A stretch of 64,000 nt of DNA from Mobula hypostoma (taxonomy: Eukaryota). Position numbers and translations under genes: made by a program. Below are positions 58,993 through 64,000 of the stretch, piece by piece. The stretch covers positions 102,114,001-102,178,000 of the forward strand of contig NC_086105.1 of NCBI RefSeq assembly GCF_963921235.1, given 5' to 3'. Position 1 is the stretch's first letter; every line of letters begins with the position of its first letter. The notes below the pieces were generated by a model. The model was not told the DNA's origin. It saw only the letters and a list, made by a program, of their open reading frames with translations, and searched no databases.

Positions 58993-60824
58993 GTAAGTAT
59001 GAACATCTACCTGTGACTTTTCTATCAGGTCGTGCCTTGTTTCTTTCGTATTCAATTTTCTCTCAAAAAAAATCAAATAATTAGTTAAAAAAAATAAAGT
59101 CCGTCAAGTTCGTCGTAACGAAGAGGAAAATAGACAACAGTACCCAAGGTGTTCTTCACTCGAATCGAAGGCCGTCGGGTCTGGGCTAACTTGTAGCTGA
59201 CCTGTACAAATGTGCGGACGGAGGCCACATGTGATAATGTGCGCCTCGTAGGCCATAGCTGGTACACCCTCACTTTAGTGTTGAAACTGTAGTTGTGTGC
59301 AATTTTAGATAACGAATTCGGGCTGAACAAAATGGTTGAAATTAATTACGGAATATACATGGAATTTAGAGTTACTAGTTCCAAAGCAAGATTTTTAAAT
59401 GAGGTAGAGTCAGCTCGCAAGAATATACTTTTGTAAATAGCTGTAACTATCCTGTGGATCAGGCAGTATCTGAGAATAGAGAAACCATGAGTAATGTTTC
59501 AGATGGATAATCTTTCACTAGAGCTCAGAAAAAGCTAGAAAGCACTTTTCTAACTTTTCCTGGTTCTGGTCATTTCTGTTTCTCTCACCACAGGTGATGA
59601 TTGAAATAGTACCAGTATGTTATATACTTCGCATTTCCAAAATCTGCAGCTTATTTTTTGCAATTTTGGTGTCATTTGAAAGATTGATTGCAAAAAGACA
59701 TAGAGATTGGAATTGTTATAGTAAACAGTCAGCTGAGATCAGTGAAGATTCAAAATACATTCATTATGGAAGAATATATAAATTATACACTTTGAGATTT
59801 GTTTGCTTACAGGTAGCCACAAAGCAAGAAACTCAAGTAACCCAATTTTAAAAAGAAAGAAAGACCATAACTACTGCGCTGAGAAAGAGGGGAAACACAC
59901 ACAAACCATGCAAATGATAGGAGCAAGCTGCAGCATTCCGAACCAGATTGAGTCCTTAGATCCACTCCCATGTCTCGATCTCAGTTCATCGTATTAGTGA
60001 GGCAAAAATACTGCAAAACTCACAGAGACAGATAAAACAAGATGCAAGTGGGTACTCAACCAAACGAAGTGTGAATTTTGAAATAAAAGTACCCAGAATA
60101 TTAAAGTGCTGAGCAGGTCAAGTTGTGTCTGGAGAGAGAAGCAGTCATTTTATATTCACTCTGAAAGACTATGATTTTTTTTCTCTTCCTTTCCACTTAT
60201 TACTGCTTAACCTGCCTGGTAATTCTTCGGCATTTTTTGCTTCTTATTTCAGGTTTCTGACAATTTTTTTTCTTTATTATCTGAATTTGTTGCTTGCTAA
60301 CGTTTTAATGTTCAAGAGAATTCAAGTCCATTTTCCATGGCAAGCATTTAGGACTATTCTGTATGATATACGATAATAATTGATAAATACTATTTTTGCC
60401 CAAATATTGATGCTTCAGAGAACATGCAATTCTTAGTATCAGAATTGGAGCCAGTGGATGAGAAATTATTTGGAGATTCAGAAAGCTTTCAATTGGGTGT
60501 CAGTCAAAGGGATGTTAAGCAGGTAACTGAGATTGAGAATGATATTCTGGTACAAATTATAAACTGGTCTTTAAAATAAAAGCAGGTCATCAGTGAGTTG
60601 TCAGGCTATGACTAATGGTTTGTTTCAGCATTGGTATTGTTCAGTCTATTTTGTAAATTTGGATGAGGAGATCAAGTTTTGTTGATGAGATGAAACTGGG
60701 TAGCAGAGATGGCTGTGGGGAGGATGTGGATGCCCAACTTAATGGGCAAGGCATGGCATATGGAATAAGATCTGCAGAAAAAAATGCAAGATTTTGATCT
60801 GGAAAAATAGAAACTTTTATGCAG

Positions 60825-60910
60825 GCAACACACATCAAAGTTGCTGGTGAACGCAGCAGGCCAAGCAGCATCTATAGGAAGAGGCGCAGTCGACATTTCA
60901 GGCCGAGACT
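60825..60910 (-). mobile_element. short PLE pLTR insertion within an old CR1 fragment
   Basis: 13-bp TSD AACTTTTATGCAG at 60812-60824 and 60911-60923. Confidence 0.8.
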
Positions 60911-62687
60911 AACTTTTATGCAGCTTGGGTCTGTACTCCTTTGAATTTAAAAAGATGCAGGAAAATATAGAAACAAATTAAATGCATGTGGGGTTTGACA
61001 GTGGATGCAGAGATTGTGTTTCCCCTGGCTGTGATGTCCAGAGTTGAGAGTTAGTTTCAACACAAAAGAATCATTCAATACTGAGATCAGAAATATCTAG
61101 AGAATAGTGAATCTTTGGCATGTTCCACACTGGTGGCTATTCAAGATAGATTAACAGCTGTTTGAATATGTGGAGAATGGAGGGGTATGGTGTTTGTTCA
61201 AGAATGTTGCACTGAAGTAAAAGATGAGCCATTATCTGTATGGTTCATACTTGTTCTAAGTAGAAGAGGCCCAAAGGCCTGTATCTTATTTGGATTTTCC
61301 ATATTTTTTTATAACATCAGATAGAGACATTTTATGCTTTAAACACAAATAATTCAATTAATAAAAAAGATGGAAGTGTCCTGTCATTATTTTAAATATT
61401 CATGAATTTAAATTCTTTTGATTAGGTCCGCTGAATGTACCTTTATTTTAATACTTAATCCATAAAATGTGTAAAATATAAGAAAGTGTTGTGCAGTAAT
61501 GTGAATCTCTAGACAACACTGAGAAATTTTAATGTAAAATATTTTTCTGAAAATTTCATAATAAATGATATTGGTTCAATGTCACAGTGTATTAGGTATA
61601 CTTACTATTATATTGAAACCAAAATTTGTTAAAATCTTTGAAAGATCTTGGAGTTGTAGCAAAAATCCCAAATATTTTCCAAAATAAAATTGCTATTGAG
61701 TGAAATGTGATAAGTGTTTCCTCTTTTTGCTGCACTTGTGACTGTTACTCCAGTAAAATAAACATAACAAGACTAATGAAACTTGAAGAAAAACCATCTT
61801 TGGTTTTGGCCTATTTATAGAGGATGAAGTTGTCCTTTAATAATATGCCCAGGACTAAATTCCAGTAAATAACAGCAGCCCTTTGAAATTGCATCTTGTT
61901 GAAACACGGAAGCAGAATATAACTGCAGTTTAATAAGTCATGCACATAAAGATTAGGCAGATCATGTTTTTAATGTCAAAAGTAAGCACTGAAAATATGT
62001 ATGAGGAAACTGCTTTTGAAAGTTTCTAAGGTGATCTTTCTGTTCTCTTTGATAGCAAAATTCTTTCTGCCGTGATGGGACACATGGGTACTGTTGATTT
62101 ATTTTCACTACTCTCGTACATTGCATTGTGTATGCTTTGGTACAAAATTTTTATTATTGTAGATAATATCTGATTTTATTTGAACATTTTGTTTAGAACT
62201 TTTAAAAGGAATTTTCATTCCATGATTTATAGTGAAGAAAATCCTTAAGGTTGTGTATCTTTTAAATGTAATATCTTTCAAAATAGTTTGGTGAAATGGA
62301 ACTTTTTAAGATGGTCTTGCAGTTTTTTTTTCTTTTTGAGAAGGCAAGAGAAACATGTAATTTTAAGGAGATTAAACCAAGCAATGATGCTTCCCATTTT
62401 TAACTTGTTAAATGACTGCAATTATTAGTAGTTTGTTCTTTCACTGATTGTCAAATGTTTGATTTTTGTCATCTGTTTCCCGTACTGAACTGAAAGGCAC
62501 TAGGTATTATCTGGATGTTCCTTTTGTAGGAATTTGGCTTTTAACAGTGTAGTGCAAATTAATGGCTTGCACTTCAATTTCTTACAGGAAGCTCAGTTAT
62601 GTTTTATTTAGTTACATTTGAAATTTGCTTCCCATATCTCTATTCATACAAACTGAACAATTGTGGCCCCTTGTTTTATTTATAAAG

Positions 62688-62758
62688 GTTCAATGTATCT
62701 TTGCCTGCCTACATCAATCTGCAAGGGAGTTGCAGAAAAGCCTCATGTTCATCGAGCC
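62688..62758 (+). other. luc7l: 71-nt alternative poison exon in luc7l intron 1
   Basis: ttttatttataaag acceptor, gtgagt donor; inclusion shifts the frame to a TGA at 63556-63558. Confidence 0.8.
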
Positions 62759-63534
62759 GTGAGTCATGAATAATTTTTAAAGCTGTTATGAATATCAAAA
62801 AAAGTGTTTGCTTTTCAAAAGTAATTAATATAAACAACATAGTTTAGACTAAATAAACTGCATACAGTGGGAGCACTACATGGTATTTGGATGCTTGCAG
62901 ATCTAGAGAAATTATATTTAAATATTACACATTTATCATATACACAAAATATCATTAAAATTATCACCAGTTACATTTTACCTTTCCTTTGAACACCTTG
63001 CTACATGGTGTGGCTCAGAAAACCTTTTTTTTTTACAGCAAGTATAATTCTTTGCAGATGAGGCGCAAAGGTTGCGAATGCTGTGTGGTATCTTTTGGAC
63101 GCTCATTGTATATTCAAACCCTAACCTGAGTTTTTTGTCTCTGAAAGTGTTGGACGCTGTCATGTGCTGTCAGTAAAAGTGGACTCTGCCCATCATTCAC
63201 TTAAAGTACTTAAACCTACTTTGGGTAATCATTTTGACATTTTGCAATGTTTTTAAAAGGCATGCCTTTGTTGGAATTTCTGTATAATATGATTAGAGTA
63301 CCACATTCCAGAGGTCCAAGATTAAGAAGAATATTTTTCCAAGGTGTTGCAATGAATTGTGTGTGTACTATCCAAAGACCGTTTGCATTCTGCAGTAAAA
63401 TGAGGAATTAGTCCCATTATTACATGCAAGAAGCCATAGTACATTAATTTGCTTCAAAAACAGCCTCATGATGTCCAATTATTCAGTCGTTTTGATAATT
63501 TTGATCTCATTAGCTTTAAACTGCCTTGTTTCAG

Positions 63535-63629
63535 GAGATGCAACACGACAACGTGTGAAATTCTCAGATGATAGAGTTTGCAAGAGTCATCTTCTTGGTT
63601 GCTGTCCTCATGATATCCTTTCAGGAACG
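63535..63629 (+). CDS. luc7l: luc7l coding exon 2 (GDATRQRVKFSDDRVCKSHLLGCCPHDILSGT); the gene continues beyond the window
   Basis: tttcag acceptor, gtatgt donor, 95 nt; start of zinc finger 1. Confidence 0.95.
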
Positions 63630-63693
63630 GTATGTAGTTTTAATTTTTTTTTACTGATCTGGGAGATGAGAAAAAGTAACACTATTTTCACAT

Positions 63694-63920
63694 GACACAC
63701 AAAATGCTGGAGGAACTCAGCAGGCCAGGCAGCATCTATGGAAAGAGAGTACAGTCGAAGTTTCAGGCCATGACCCTTCATCAGGCCCTTCCTGCTGAAG
63801 GGTCTCGGCTGGAAACGTTGACTATACTCTCTTCCCATAGATGCTGCCTGGCCTGCTGAGTTCAACCAGCATTTTATGTGTGTTGCTTCGATTTCCACCA
63901 TATGCAGATTTTCTCCTGTT
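63694..63920. mobile_element. palindromic PLE-pLTR element
   Basis: Inverted arms around ~63787 with degraded hammerhead cores on both strands. Confidence 0.8.
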
Positions 63921-64000
63921 ACTATTTCTGGTTTCTTTCTGTTCTCAGCTTTTAGAATGGATGGTCTGTGCTTCAGATTTCTCTGATTGCCGTATATTCT

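Overview
This is repeat-rich vertebrate genomic DNA. The repeat set (Neptune-type Penelope-like elements, CR1, RTE, V-SINE, Tigger) suggests a cartilaginous fish, probably a ray; this is an inference. Three host genes can be read from splice sites and protein similarity. (1) A complete cox6b gene on the minus strand (86 aa, 3 coding exons plus a non-coding first exon in a CpG island). (2) A complete fam234a/ITFG3 gene on the minus strand (11 coding exons, about 570 aa). (3) The first two coding exons of luc7l on the plus strand, which shares a compact bidirectional promoter with fam234a and has a 71-nt frameshifting poison exon in intron 1. The most unusual signals are as follows. A non-autonomous Gypsy-type LTR element in a fam234a intron has its gag/pol largely replaced by fused, intronless myosin heavy-chain rod fragments. 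The same element's 5' LTR carries a base-exact integrase-type inversion joined to a second LTR family. Penelope-derived insertions carry minimal hammerhead ribozyme motifs, often as short hairpins, with 9-15 bp target-site duplications (TSDs). All homology calls come from reading the sequence by eye; no database search was run.
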